64,000 nt of DNA, from positions 18,662,001 through 18,726,000 of the forward strand of contig OZ365109.1 of the NCBI GenBank assembly GCA_977030845.1, given 5' to 3'. Origin of the DNA: Fimbriosthenelais zetlandica. Its lineage: Eukaryota. Both the position numbers and the translations under genes were made by a program. Positions 33,440 to 48,908 of the stretch are shown piece by piece. The notes below the pieces were generated by a model. That model worked only from the letters and a program-made list of their open reading frames with translations, had not been told where the DNA came from and made no database searches. The first letter of the stretch is position 1. Each line of letters opens with the position of its first letter.

Positions 33440-35535
33440 ACACCTGTGAAGACATGGTGTTTTGCCAGTCTACACCTGCGAAGACATGATGTTCTGGTAG
33501 TCTACACCTGTAGAATCATGATGTTCTGCTAGACTGCACCTATGAGATGATGTTCTGCTAGTCTACACCTGTGAGTTGATGATGTTCTGCTTGTCTGCAC
33601 CTGTGATATGATGATGTTCTGCTAGTCTGGGCCTGTGATGATGATGTTCTGCTAGTCTACACCTGTGAGATGATGATGTTCTGATAGTCTACACCTGTGG
33701 AATCATGATGTTCTGCTAGTCTGCACCTATGAGATGATGTTCTGCTCGTCTACACCTGTGAGATGATGTTCTGCCAGTCTGCACCTGTGAAGACATGATG
33801 TTCTGGTAGTCTACACCTGTGGAATCATGATGTTCTGCTAGACTGCACCTGTGAGATGATGATGTTCTGCTTGTCTACACTTGTGAAGACATGATGTTCT
33901 GATAGTCTACACCTGTGGAATCATGGTGTTCTGCTAGTCTGCATCTATCAGATGATGTTCTGCTCGTCTACACCTGTGAAGACATGATGTTCTGATAGTC
34001 TACACCTGTGAAGACATGACGTTATGCTAGTCTACACCTGTGGAATCATGATGTTCTGCTAGTCTGCGCCTGTGAGATGATGTTCTGCCAGTCTACACCT
34101 ATCAGATGATGTTATGCTAGTCTACACCTGTGAAGACATGATGTTCTGGTAGTCTACACCTGTCGAATCATGATGTTCTGCTAGTCTGCGCCTGTGAGAT
34201 GATGTTCTGCTAGTCTGCACCTATCAGATGATGTTATGCTAGTCTACACCTGTGAAGACATGATGTTCTGGTAGTCTACACCTGTAGAATCATGATGTTC
34301 TGCTAGACTGCACCTATGAGATGATGTTCTGATAGTCTACACCTGTGAGATGATGATGTTCTGCTTGTCTGCACCTGTGATATGATGATGTTCTGCTAGT
34401 CTGGGCCTGTGATGATGATGTTCTGCTAGTCTGCACATGTGAGATGATGTTCTGCCAGTCTACACCTGCGAAGACATGATGTTCTGGTAGTCTACACCTG
34501 TAGAATCATGATGTTCTGCTAGTCTGCGCCTGTGAGATGATGTTCTGCCAATCTACACCTGCGAAGACATGATGTTCTGGTAGTCTACACCTGTAGAATC
34601 ATGATGTTCTGCTAGTCTGCGCCTGTGAGATGATGTTCTGCCAGTCTACACCTGCGAAGACATGATGTTCTGGTAGTCTACACCTGTAGAATCATGATGT
34701 TCTGCTAGTCTGCGCCTGTGAGATGTTGTTCTGCTAGTCTACACCTGTGAAGACATGATGTTCTGGTAGTCTTCACCTGTAGAATCATGATGTTCTGATA
34801 GTCTGCGCCTGTGAGATGATGTTCTGCCAGTCTACACCTGCGAAGACATGATGTTCTGGTAGTCTACACCTGTAGAATCATGATGTTCTGCTACTCTGCG
34901 CCTGTGAGATTATGTTCTGCTCGTCTACACCTGTGAAGACATGATGTTTTGCCAGTCTAGACCTGTGGAATCATGATGTTCTGGTAGTCTGCACCTGTGG
35001 AATCATGATGTTCTGCTAGTCTGCACCTATCAGATGATGTTCTGCCAGTCTACACCTGCGAAGACATGATGTTCTGGTAGTCTACACCTGTAGATTCATG
35101 ATGTTCTGCTAGTCTGCGCCTGTGAGATGATGTTCTGCTAGTCTACACCTGTGAGATGATGATGTTCTGATAGTCTACACCTGTGGAATCATGATGTTCT
35201 GCTAGTCTGCACCTATCAGATGATGTTCTGCCAGTCTACACCTCCGAAGACATGATGTTCTGGTAGTCTAGGCCTACACCTGTAGAATCATGATGTTCTG
35301 CTAGTCTGCGCCTGTGAGATGTTGTTCTGCTAGTCTACACCTGTGAGATGATGATGTTCTGATAGTCTACACCTGTGGAATCATGATGTTCTGCTAGTCT
35401 GCACCTATGAGATTATGTTCTGCTCGTCTACACCTGTGGAATCATGATGTTCTGCTAGTCTACACCTGTGAAGACATGATGTTCTGGTAGTCTTCACCTG
35501 TAGAATCATGATGTTCTGATAGTCTACACCTGTGA
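33440..35535 (-). repeat. Satellite right arm, same unit in reverse orientation
   Basis: About 65 units reading ATGATGTTCTGCTAGTCTACACCTGTG on plus, with a 93-bp (32+32+29) higher-order period at ~34430-34960. Confidence 0.97.
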
Positions 35536-36119
35536 GAAATGGGCCATGCTGGGCCCTGACATTAGGGTAGGCCTAGGCCTAGATGAAAATGTAGGCTAAT
35601 ATTAGGCCTTATAGCCTAATATAGGCCTAGGACCTACTACCCGTATAGGGCACCGTAGGACTACATAAGACTGGGGGCAGGCAATGGAGGCCTGGAGCTT
35701 TTCTTTTTCGAAATAAATACTTGTGAAAATATGGGTTAATTTGACAGAAGGAATTGCTGAAATAAATATTATATATTTTGTAGGCCCTATGTCATGTGTC
35801 CGCAATAAAGATGATTGAATTGAATTGAATTGAATAAATCTTTTATCCTCATAATAAGGTCATGCTCTTAGGTTTATATTGCCATTCGAACCCCTGTTTT
35901 CCACCGTTTATGAATTAATAATTTATTTTAAAAGATCATCCGCCCCCTCCCACCTTGCCATCTATGAGGTGGTCCCACCATTTTGAATCAGTCTACAGTT
36001 TGCTTTCCATACGAGGTTAGTTTTCCATGATGCCGTTCACGAAATCCGAATGATGTTCTGCTTGTCTGCAAATAGCCTCGCCCCACAGGGGCTGCCTCTT
36101 GCAAGGCGACAGGGAAGTT

Positions 36120-36272
36120 ATTGACACCGGAAGCGGAAATGAGATCATTCAGTGGCCAAAAATTAAAATGGCCGCCATCGGACCGTAGTCTTTGCTCTTT
36201 CTCCAATATCTAACGCTAAAAAACCAGTAGATCTACTGTTTAGGGTCATTCACGATAATACTTGGGTGTCCA
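36120..36272 (+). promoter_or_regulatory. UBAP1 promoter and non-coding first exon
   Basis: ETS-type CCGGAAG/CGGAAAT (36127-36140), YY1-type AAAATGGCCGCCAT (36165-36178), donor CCAAG|GTAAGA at ~36273, and the next acceptor TTTTGCAG at 36660. Confidence 0.6.
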
Positions 36273-36709
36273 AGGTAAGATAGCATCTCAATATATCTGA
36301 AAGGGGGGAAAGGTCGGTTTTATTCGTACATATAATCAGGAAAATCTAAGCCTGGCCACAGCCCACACTCACAACACAGACTCAGTGACAGGAGTCGCAC
36401 TATCAATATATCATTCATAGTCAGCTAGTGTATTACTATTAGTCAGCTAGTAGCCATAACCATACTCAGTAACTGCCTGTCATAGTCCCATCTTATGTCA
36501 TCATGGCTGGTCATAGGACCAACATTCATTGTAAACACTCAGTGAGTCGAGTCAGTGTCTAATTTTGTGTATGTGTCAGACTCAGAGGTCTCTGTTTATG
36601 TACGGTATTGTATTTGTATCTTTGGAGTTCTGTGAATGATCCCCTGTTTAAATTTTGCAGGCGAATTTCGTTCTCTTAAACGCATCTCTTCCCAACATAC
36701 ACACTAACA

Positions 36710-39700
36710 ATGGCCTATAGTGATGTGTACCGCAGTCCCAGCCAAAGCAGTAGTAAGTAAAGTTTAATTGATTATAAAGATCTATTAATTAATAGATTAC
36801 CGGTACCGTATAAGATGAATGAATGGATTAATTAATAAACATATATTAATTAATTATCTCTTTCAATATTTATTCTCTCAATATTTATTCATTCTCTCTC
36901 TCAATAATGATATCTATATACCGGTAACTATAAATTGTACAGGGGGCTTAATTTTATGATTTTTTTTTCAGGTTACAGCGTATCTGCCATCGACGGTATC
37001 GAAATAAAGATCAGTGAGAAACTAATTCCACCTCCAGCGGTACGTATACCTATGTCTTTCTGTTTTATGTACGGTACTTCTAATGCATGTACTGTAGTTA
37101 TTACATTTTTATATTCCAGAACGAATATATCAATAATTTTTTTTTCCCTTGCAGGTTCAGCGACCTGTGGAATATGACACTGGGAATCCTTCAGAAATAC
37201 TTTTTATGGAGGTAAGTTTGGCTAAAATTATATTGAAATCTATGATCACCATCAGTGCATCACTAGATCATAGATGATGACCAAATTCCCCAGGTTTATT
37301 TCCTGGTTGTAAATCATGTAAAACTCCCTCGAATATATTGGAAAATTATTAGACCTATTTCATTGTTGTTTCTGGGAGCCCTTTCTTTCATAAGGAATAT
37401 TTATTCTTCCAGTATGATTTTGGTTTGGAGGAACGTGTCTTGGAATGGTCAAGATCCCAACGAGAAAATGACGAGGCCCTTCAGCAAGCTGCCACTGAGC
37501 GAGTGGGAAACCAAATCCAGCAGTTCTCACAGATGCCTGAACCCCAGCCCCCACCCCCTCCTCCATCAAGTCAACAGGCACCAGTAGAATCACAGACTCC
37601 GCAGACTCTACCTTCAGGTAGTCACTCCTCTGGCCCTTCCACCTCCAACCCAACCACAGCTTGGAATGCCCAGGCAGAAATACACACCCAAGCTGGACCT
37701 GGTCTCAATCCCTTCATGAACATTGGCTCCTCAATACTAACCCCAATGCCGATCATCCAGGGTCATGTGAGGAAAGAAAGTGGGGGCAACAAAAACCAAG
37801 CTGGCATGATTGACCTGAAAGATTTTGAAAATGAACAGGACCCATTTGAAAATATGGAACTGAAAGTCTTAAATGACAAGGAGGAGTTGAATAAGATGAT
37901 ACTTGGTGTGCAGGCCGTCCCGGAAGGCTCTGGTCCGGTGGAGAACGGAGGCTCTAGTCAAAGCCAGGATGCTGCATCCCGCTCCCCAACATCCTCCCCA
38001 ATCAACCTCCAGGACGTGGACTACCCCGAAGTGGAGTCATATGATTCTGGCAAATTTGATATTCAACAAGGACAGCAACAACACGAAGCCGGAAAATACC
38101 CAAGTAACCAAGCCCAGGGTTCAGTCACTCTCCAAACAGGAACTCCCCAAGTATATTACCAGTCCCCTCAGTCAATTTCAACCCTGCCCTACACTAGTCA
38201 GAACCTACCCAGTACTACTTATTCTTACAACCAAGGAACTCCTCTCCCTCCCATTCCTAACGCTCGGTACTATCCCCAGCAGCCAGTGTCAAACACAGTG
38301 CAAAATTTCGTCTCCCCGAACAAGACAAACGCTGGTGGTTTCGACCCAACAGGTGCTCCCAACCACAACAATGTTACTTTTACAAGTGCTGGAGCCACAT
38401 ATAACAACCAGTTGGGAGAGAGGACATTTATTCCCTTCCAGAGTTTTTACAATAGGAATCCATTTCTAGATAACCAGAATGGGAATATAGTGACCAATGG
38501 TCAGGGAAGCTCACAAAGCTCAGCTGTCCAGGGGAGGGAGACCCCACCCCTCAACCCACTGAGGAATGCCCGGAGCACGCCCGATATCTCGGGCAGTGAA
38601 GACCGTAGACTTCCACCCCTGATGCCTTCCTCTCACACTCCACCGCCAATTACTAGGTCCATATCTCCCAGTGAAATTTCACAAACAACTTCACAGTCTC
38701 CCACACGAAAGAAGAAAGTAAGTGACCGCCTTTTCTTATTTTTCAATCAATAGACAATCGCTATGCGGCTATGCGATTTATTATTAAATGTTCTGGAGCT
38801 TCGCTAGTTTTGAAAATTTTGACTCTAATTTTTTCAGTGAATTGAGGAAGACCATGATTGAATTATACCAAAATATTGTAGTAAGTTTGACAACCAGAAA
38901 ATTGTAACGATTGATCATGGACCATTTATTTGTTGAGATTCTATGTTCTTATTTGTATAAATTCAATTAATCAGTTCTTTGTAATGCTCTATGAAACAAA
39001 AAATATTTCATTTTATAGGTTACCTCAGGAGAAGAAGATTCGGTAAAGATTATTTATCTGTTGTGTTTGACCTACGTTAAGAGGCGGATATTTATCTGCT
39101 GCCAATATTGCTATAAGGAATGCATTACCGAAACAATAACACGTTGAATGATACACTGACACCCACAAATTTACCCAAGAACACAAAGATAGATAGAAAA
39201 TCATTATGAAATTTTACCCGTCATCAGCGATAATTTACAGTTTTCTTTATTGGTGAATCACAGTTTTATTTCCCAACCTCACATATCACAAGATTTCCGT
39301 TCCCATTAAGGCCCTAGATTTGTCCACTATATGTAACAATTTATTGTCATGATACATTATGCCCTTTCCATATGATCTTTTATTGCTGATGTGTTGTTTC
39401 CAACTAACATATGTGGTGATATTATTTATTAACTATCTTTTCTCCAGGATTAATTCAATTTCATGAAAATCAATCCACCTCTTCTATATTAGGATCTATT
39501 ATAATAGGAGCTACAGCTTAAAAATCTATTCTTTTTTGGAAACCGGAAGTAATATTTGTATCTTTTTGGTTTCCAGACTTGGGAACATTATAGTGTTCTT
39601 CCTCCGAGTCCCCGCTCAGCTGGAAGCACAAGAGATAGTTATTCGCCTGCCGCAAGTTCTGCCAGGAAGCCTAGTTTACCTAACCCTTTTGACAGCCTGT

Positions 39701-40508
39701 CTCCAGAGGCTCGGCGCCTTGTAGAGAGCATCACCGACATGGGTTTCCCTAAAGCTAGGGTAGCTCGAGTGGTGGAGAAAAAAGGAATTGATGATAAACA
39801 GGTAATTTATTTTCACAAAAAAATCTTACTATTCTTCCTTAAAACAGATGTTTTCTTGAATAAGTTGCTAAATATTTTATATTTTCGTAAAAAGTATTTC
39901 AGGATAAATAGTTTTCAGAACCTAACATTGTACTGGTGTTTTCTGCCCCATTAATTGAATGTTGCTGAGGAAGTACAATGTTTGGCCAAACTAAATTCAC
40001 ATTCTTAATCTTTGTTTTTACAGGTAGTTGACTTGTTATGTTTGATAAATCGACTGGCTGAAAAGGGGTACGCGGCCGAGGATGCAGAGACAGCTCTTGC
40101 AATCAGTGAAGGCAGTATAGAAAAGGTGAAGATATATAATTTTCCTTAAGAAAAAATGCTCATCTCTTTAAAGAGAGTTAATTTTGATTACTCAAATCCA
40201 CAACACTGTAATTTATTATATTATTTAATATATTATAACGTATAATATACGATGCACTATTATGTTAGTGCACTACTCTCCTGTCATTTTATTATATTAA
40301 AATATACTTAATGAATATTTTCTGGGCTATATATTTTTAGTTACTTTCTAATTATTCTCTGTATTTTGCTTCTTTGTAGGCTGAACAGTACCTTAAGTTA
40401 TTAGCTCAATTCAAAGAACTTGGCTTCACTGAGAAAAATATCCAGGATGCGCTGGTGTCGACCAACCTAGATGAAAACAGAACACTTGATCTCTTGACGG
40501 CAAGCTGA
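36710..40508 (+). CDS. UBAP1: Ubiquitin-associated protein 1 (ESCRT-I subunit), 8 coding exons
   Basis: Exons 36710-36752, 36972-37039, 37155-37211, 37413-38717, 39019-39042, 39577-39801, 40024-40125 and 40380-40508 join in frame with GT-AG introns. Contains the UMA domain (IDGIEIKISEKL..YDFGLEERVL), the DFENEQDPFENMELKVLND motif and the C-terminal SOUBA (MGFPKARV; KELGF). Confidence 0.9.
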
Positions 40509-43500
40509 GAACTAAACTACCCAAAGAACATTTAGAAACTGGTACTCATTGTACAAAATAGTGTTCTTATCGAATATAGTCTCGAAAAATAATTAACAAC
40601 TTAGTCTTATCAGCGATGCTGACAGATCTATGTGTGATTTAGTCTTATGTGCAAGATGGCCTTGCTATTTTCAACCCAAAGGATATAAACCTCTCCTCAA
40701 TTTTCAGAAAAAATTAATTTGGCTGAAAAAAGGTTATACTTTGGAAAATGGGGAATACAATATTGTATAGAAGATAAACTGTCTCATTGTCTATTCATTC
40801 CTTGCTTTCTGCGGTGGTCTCGGGAGATGGGTTATATGCTTCTTTGAATTCCTATTTCTGTATAGAATTGAAACTTAAAAAATTCTCAGTATGCACACAT
40901 GTGCCAATGTATACATGTACACACCTATCCGCTATTATGAAATTTAAAACGTCTGTTTTCCCCGGATATATACATATTTCTGAAAGAGGCAAACTTAATA
41001 CATGTACCGGTACAAAATTGTTATTGATGCTTTTAGATGGATGAGAAAATATATAAAATTACATCTTCAAATGTATTCATTTTGGTATGGTTAATTATTT
41101 GGAACAATTTTCTGTTGTTAAGATTTTCAGATTGGTGAATTTATTTGTTATGTGTATAATCGTGGTGTATGTCAAGACGGAAAAGAGTAAAATTGATTAA
41201 AAGATGTAGCACACCGTATCTCTCAATAGAAATTTTATTTCTTCACCTAAGTTCCAATATGTTTTGGTGCATTCACTGCGACTCAACAAAGATTTCACTG
41301 TAGACAGCCACTGAGATCATACTTAACCTGATTAGTTTTTGACAGGAACCTAATGAAAAAAACCCTCTGACATCCTGAAAATGTCACCAAAACTGATCCA
41401 TAGGACGGTGAGGTAGCCTATTTTTCCCTTCATTTTCAAGTTCTTTGATGATTCGTAGTTTTGTCTGCAGAGTATTGTTCTAAGTCCAAAGTCATTTCAC
41501 AGAACGTGTTACCAGTTAGAAATCTGTTAACACGTAGTGGAAGTATTGTATCTCATTTGATACACTCATGCGATTTCCGTTTGTGTATGGTATGTTAATG
41601 AATGAGGGAATTGCCTGAGAAGAACTGAGTTGAATGCCATGATAAACAATATTTGCACAAACTTATATAATCTACCGTGATAGCTATCATTCCTGTACCT
41701 ATTCACTCATTTATTATTCGAGAGTTCGAGAGAACAAATATAAAGAGACCTGGGCGTTTTTGAGATTTAACTAAAAACGAATGTAACTGCATTAATTTTA
41801 TTCATGTACAAAGTTATTTCTGAAAAACATACATAAAATAAAGTTTGTTTTATTTATTTTCATTGAAATCTCAAAAATGCCAATCCCCCTTTAACATGAG
41901 TTTTGTACAGGTTATGTTTCAGTGATACTTTGCTTTCTTTTACGTGTGTAATAAATACCGGTACCTCTTCTTATAGTACAAGCTGAATCATTTAATGTAT
42001 ACTGTAACTGAAATGTACTGCTTTCAAGGTAAATTGATGTAAAATAATACTAATTTATTAATTAATACTAAGTTATGTTTGTTATGTTGCGAAAAGGATT
42101 TTAAAAAGGGCACCTTTTGTTTAAATCATGCAATCTCGTTATATTTGGAAACCCAAAATATTGCCCAAAATTATGGATTTGAGTTATTTTCAGTTATAGT
42201 ATCTGCTCTTGAGATACCCTCATGATTCTGTTTTAACTCGTGGGGGGAAAATTGATTCTAACCCCTAAGTTCGCCATCAAAACTTCGAATGGCTTAATAA
42301 ACTAGATCAATCCTTTATAAATTGACTACCATGACCATAATTAAGACCTACAATCATTTTCACTTTAGCAAAATGATGAACGCCAGTAGATTGCATAATA
42401 GCCAAAATAACTGTTATATGGCCCTCTGTTACTGTATGAGGATCGGGGATGACTTTATATCACAAAAAAACTACGCTTGTAAAAGTGTCTGTGATAAACT
42501 TTTATGTAGCTATTAGTAGTCTTCAGGTCCCTTTTGTGTGTCCTATGTTGTTTGGTCAATCATGGATCGTTTTATTTTCAATGACGGTAATCCCCGACTG
42601 ATCATGAGTTTTGTCGTCCTATTTTCACCTCTATCTTATGACTCAAATTTAGGTGCTATATTTGGACTTTGCCTTTTCAGTAAAAGACACTCGCTGTGTC
42701 TGGACACGTGAACATTTGACTTACTTCTCACATTTATTTTACTCCTTTCTGTACAGTGTTAAACTCCTCATAGGTATTTAAGAATTAGTTAGACTTATTA
42801 TCTCCAGATATAGTGGGTTTTTTTTTGCGTAAGCTGCGGGTGGCTTGCTCGTGGGATGGTCAAAATATACGTAGATCTTTTATTTATTCAAGAGATAGAT
42901 TTTATTTGCAGGATACATGTACTACAAGTAATATTACAAAAACATGACGGATTCAGTCAGTCGATTAAGATGTTATCATGTAGGCCTATATTCTGCAATA
43001 GTACTCAGTGTAGGTCCAAGAGGATAATGTAAACTGTCCGTTGACTGAGGAGACTTTGTACAAGGGAATAAAAATAAAGCCTGAAAAACATGGACCTTTT
43101 CTGTTAGGTTTTCGTTACTTTTCAATGGAATTTACTTAACATTTCTCGGAATTCAAAGATAGAACTTGTGATGAATGCCGTTAATTACAGACGAAGTTCT
43201 GTCTACATGAATTTCATAAGTGGTGATATGTAAAATACATTTTATCAAGTTCAAGTAACAAGGCAATTTTACATGACAGCTTCTCGATCATCTGGGGATT
43301 ATTTATTGAATAAACCTAGATTTATCAAGAAACAAAATTATGGAGGTAAAATAATTTAAGCAAAGAAAAAGTTCTCAGCCTGATATATTTTATTATCTTT
43401 CAGGTCATACATTCATGGCATCCAGCCTACACTTGCGCTCATAACGCATACCAGTGGACTAATGCATACATACAATAATATATAAAGAAATATGTGGTTA

Positions 43501-43590
43501 ATGTCTAGGAACAAAAGCCTCAGAAATGACAATTTCAGAGGAACAAGTATTTTAATGTACATTCGCAGATTTCTATTCTCTATAGCTATC

Positions 43591-47583
<3,993 letters not shown>

Positions 47584-48010
47584 GTTGCTCTCACGGTTTC
47601 TTCTGTATCACCTGGCGGCGGAAGTTGTAACCACTTGCAATAACCGTTACAACGCTAACTATCTGTGTTTTGTCATTTTCAGGATCGCTCTGCAACTTCC
47701 GTTTCGATCTGAGCGAGTTTGGCCCAGAAACGACCCGCCCTGATAATCATAATTGCATCGTTGACACAATGACATCGTCATTTATTGGAGCAAATTATCC
47801 GGCCATACATTCTTTATGCGATGGTTTGTGGTAAATTATTATAATCGGGCTGCTAAGTTACTGTCACTGTAGCGTACTGCCGGGTCGTGGACGTCGACCG
47901 AGCCCGTCTCAATCTCAGCCCCTGCCTGGCCCCGGACACACTCTCATTATCAGTATCACACCAGGACGGAAAACCGGCTCGGTGACCTCATCTGTATCTG
48001 TGAGTATATT
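47584..48010. promoter_or_regulatory. Bidirectional promoter shared by PSMC3 (-) and MFSD13A copy 1 (+)
   Basis: CpG-rich, with ETS motifs GGCGGAAGT (~47617) and ACTTCCG (~47695). A plus-strand GTGAGT donor at ~48000 marks a probable non-coding first exon. Confidence 0.6.
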
Positions 48011-48908
48011 CTGTTAGATGACAATACGTCCAAAGAGGTACAATAGTAATTTAATAGATGTCACAATACCCGGTACCGGTATGAGCAGGAGACCAGTGGG
48101 CGCCCCTCTTTTTTGAGGGTTAACCTTAACCTGGCCTGGGTTTTAAGCCCGGGGGGGGGGGGCACTCGAAATTAAACTTTAATTCAGAGTCTCCCACCCT
48201 GGGTTATAAGCCTAGGGTTAGCCTTAACCCTAACTCTAACCCTAGGTAAAGAAACGCTAACTCTAAGGTTAGGGTTAACCCCCCCCCCCCGCCCCCGCCC
48301 CCCTTGGAAAAATATTGGTTCCGCCCCCTGGAGACGGATAAAATAGGCCTAAAGTCCTTTCTCCTGTTGCATCTTGTAATTGTGTATAACCCCCAAGGCT
48401 AAGTCCTAACCATAGAACTAGAAAACATATCTTTCTAGTTCTATGGTCGTAACTCACCTTATTGACATGAACCAGTATGACTTAAAACATTAACCCCAAG
48501 CTAAAACATTAAACCTTTGGCTTTGGTCTTAAGCCAAGTTATATGGATCCCATGCCAAGTGGTCGTATAGTCTGTATAGTATAGGCCTTCAGGTAACTAG
48601 GTCCGCTGTACTTGACGGAACATGCGCCCGCCTGACCCAAATGCTGTAATTTACTCGTATCCACCATCCTGCTGTCATGAAACGTGCGAAAAAGCATGAT
48701 ATTAAAGACTTAGAGGGTGATCATGGTTTTACTTGCACTGATAAATTCCTGGATTCACGATCTATGAGGATGGAGAAAGGTAACTATCTTACAATACAAG
48801 ATTTAGTATTGCTACACAACTTCCTATTGATCTGTTCTGACATTTATTATTAATGCTTTATTGATTCACCTGTTGCTGCTTACAGGACACCGTAGGAAAG
48901 GCTTCAAA

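Noticed and set aside
27846-35535. Satellite as a CRISPR array or a repetitive coding region
   Set aside because: The variable parts are a few recurring 2-5 bp variants, not unique spacers. Mixed 29/32-bp units break any frame, and no long ORF exists.
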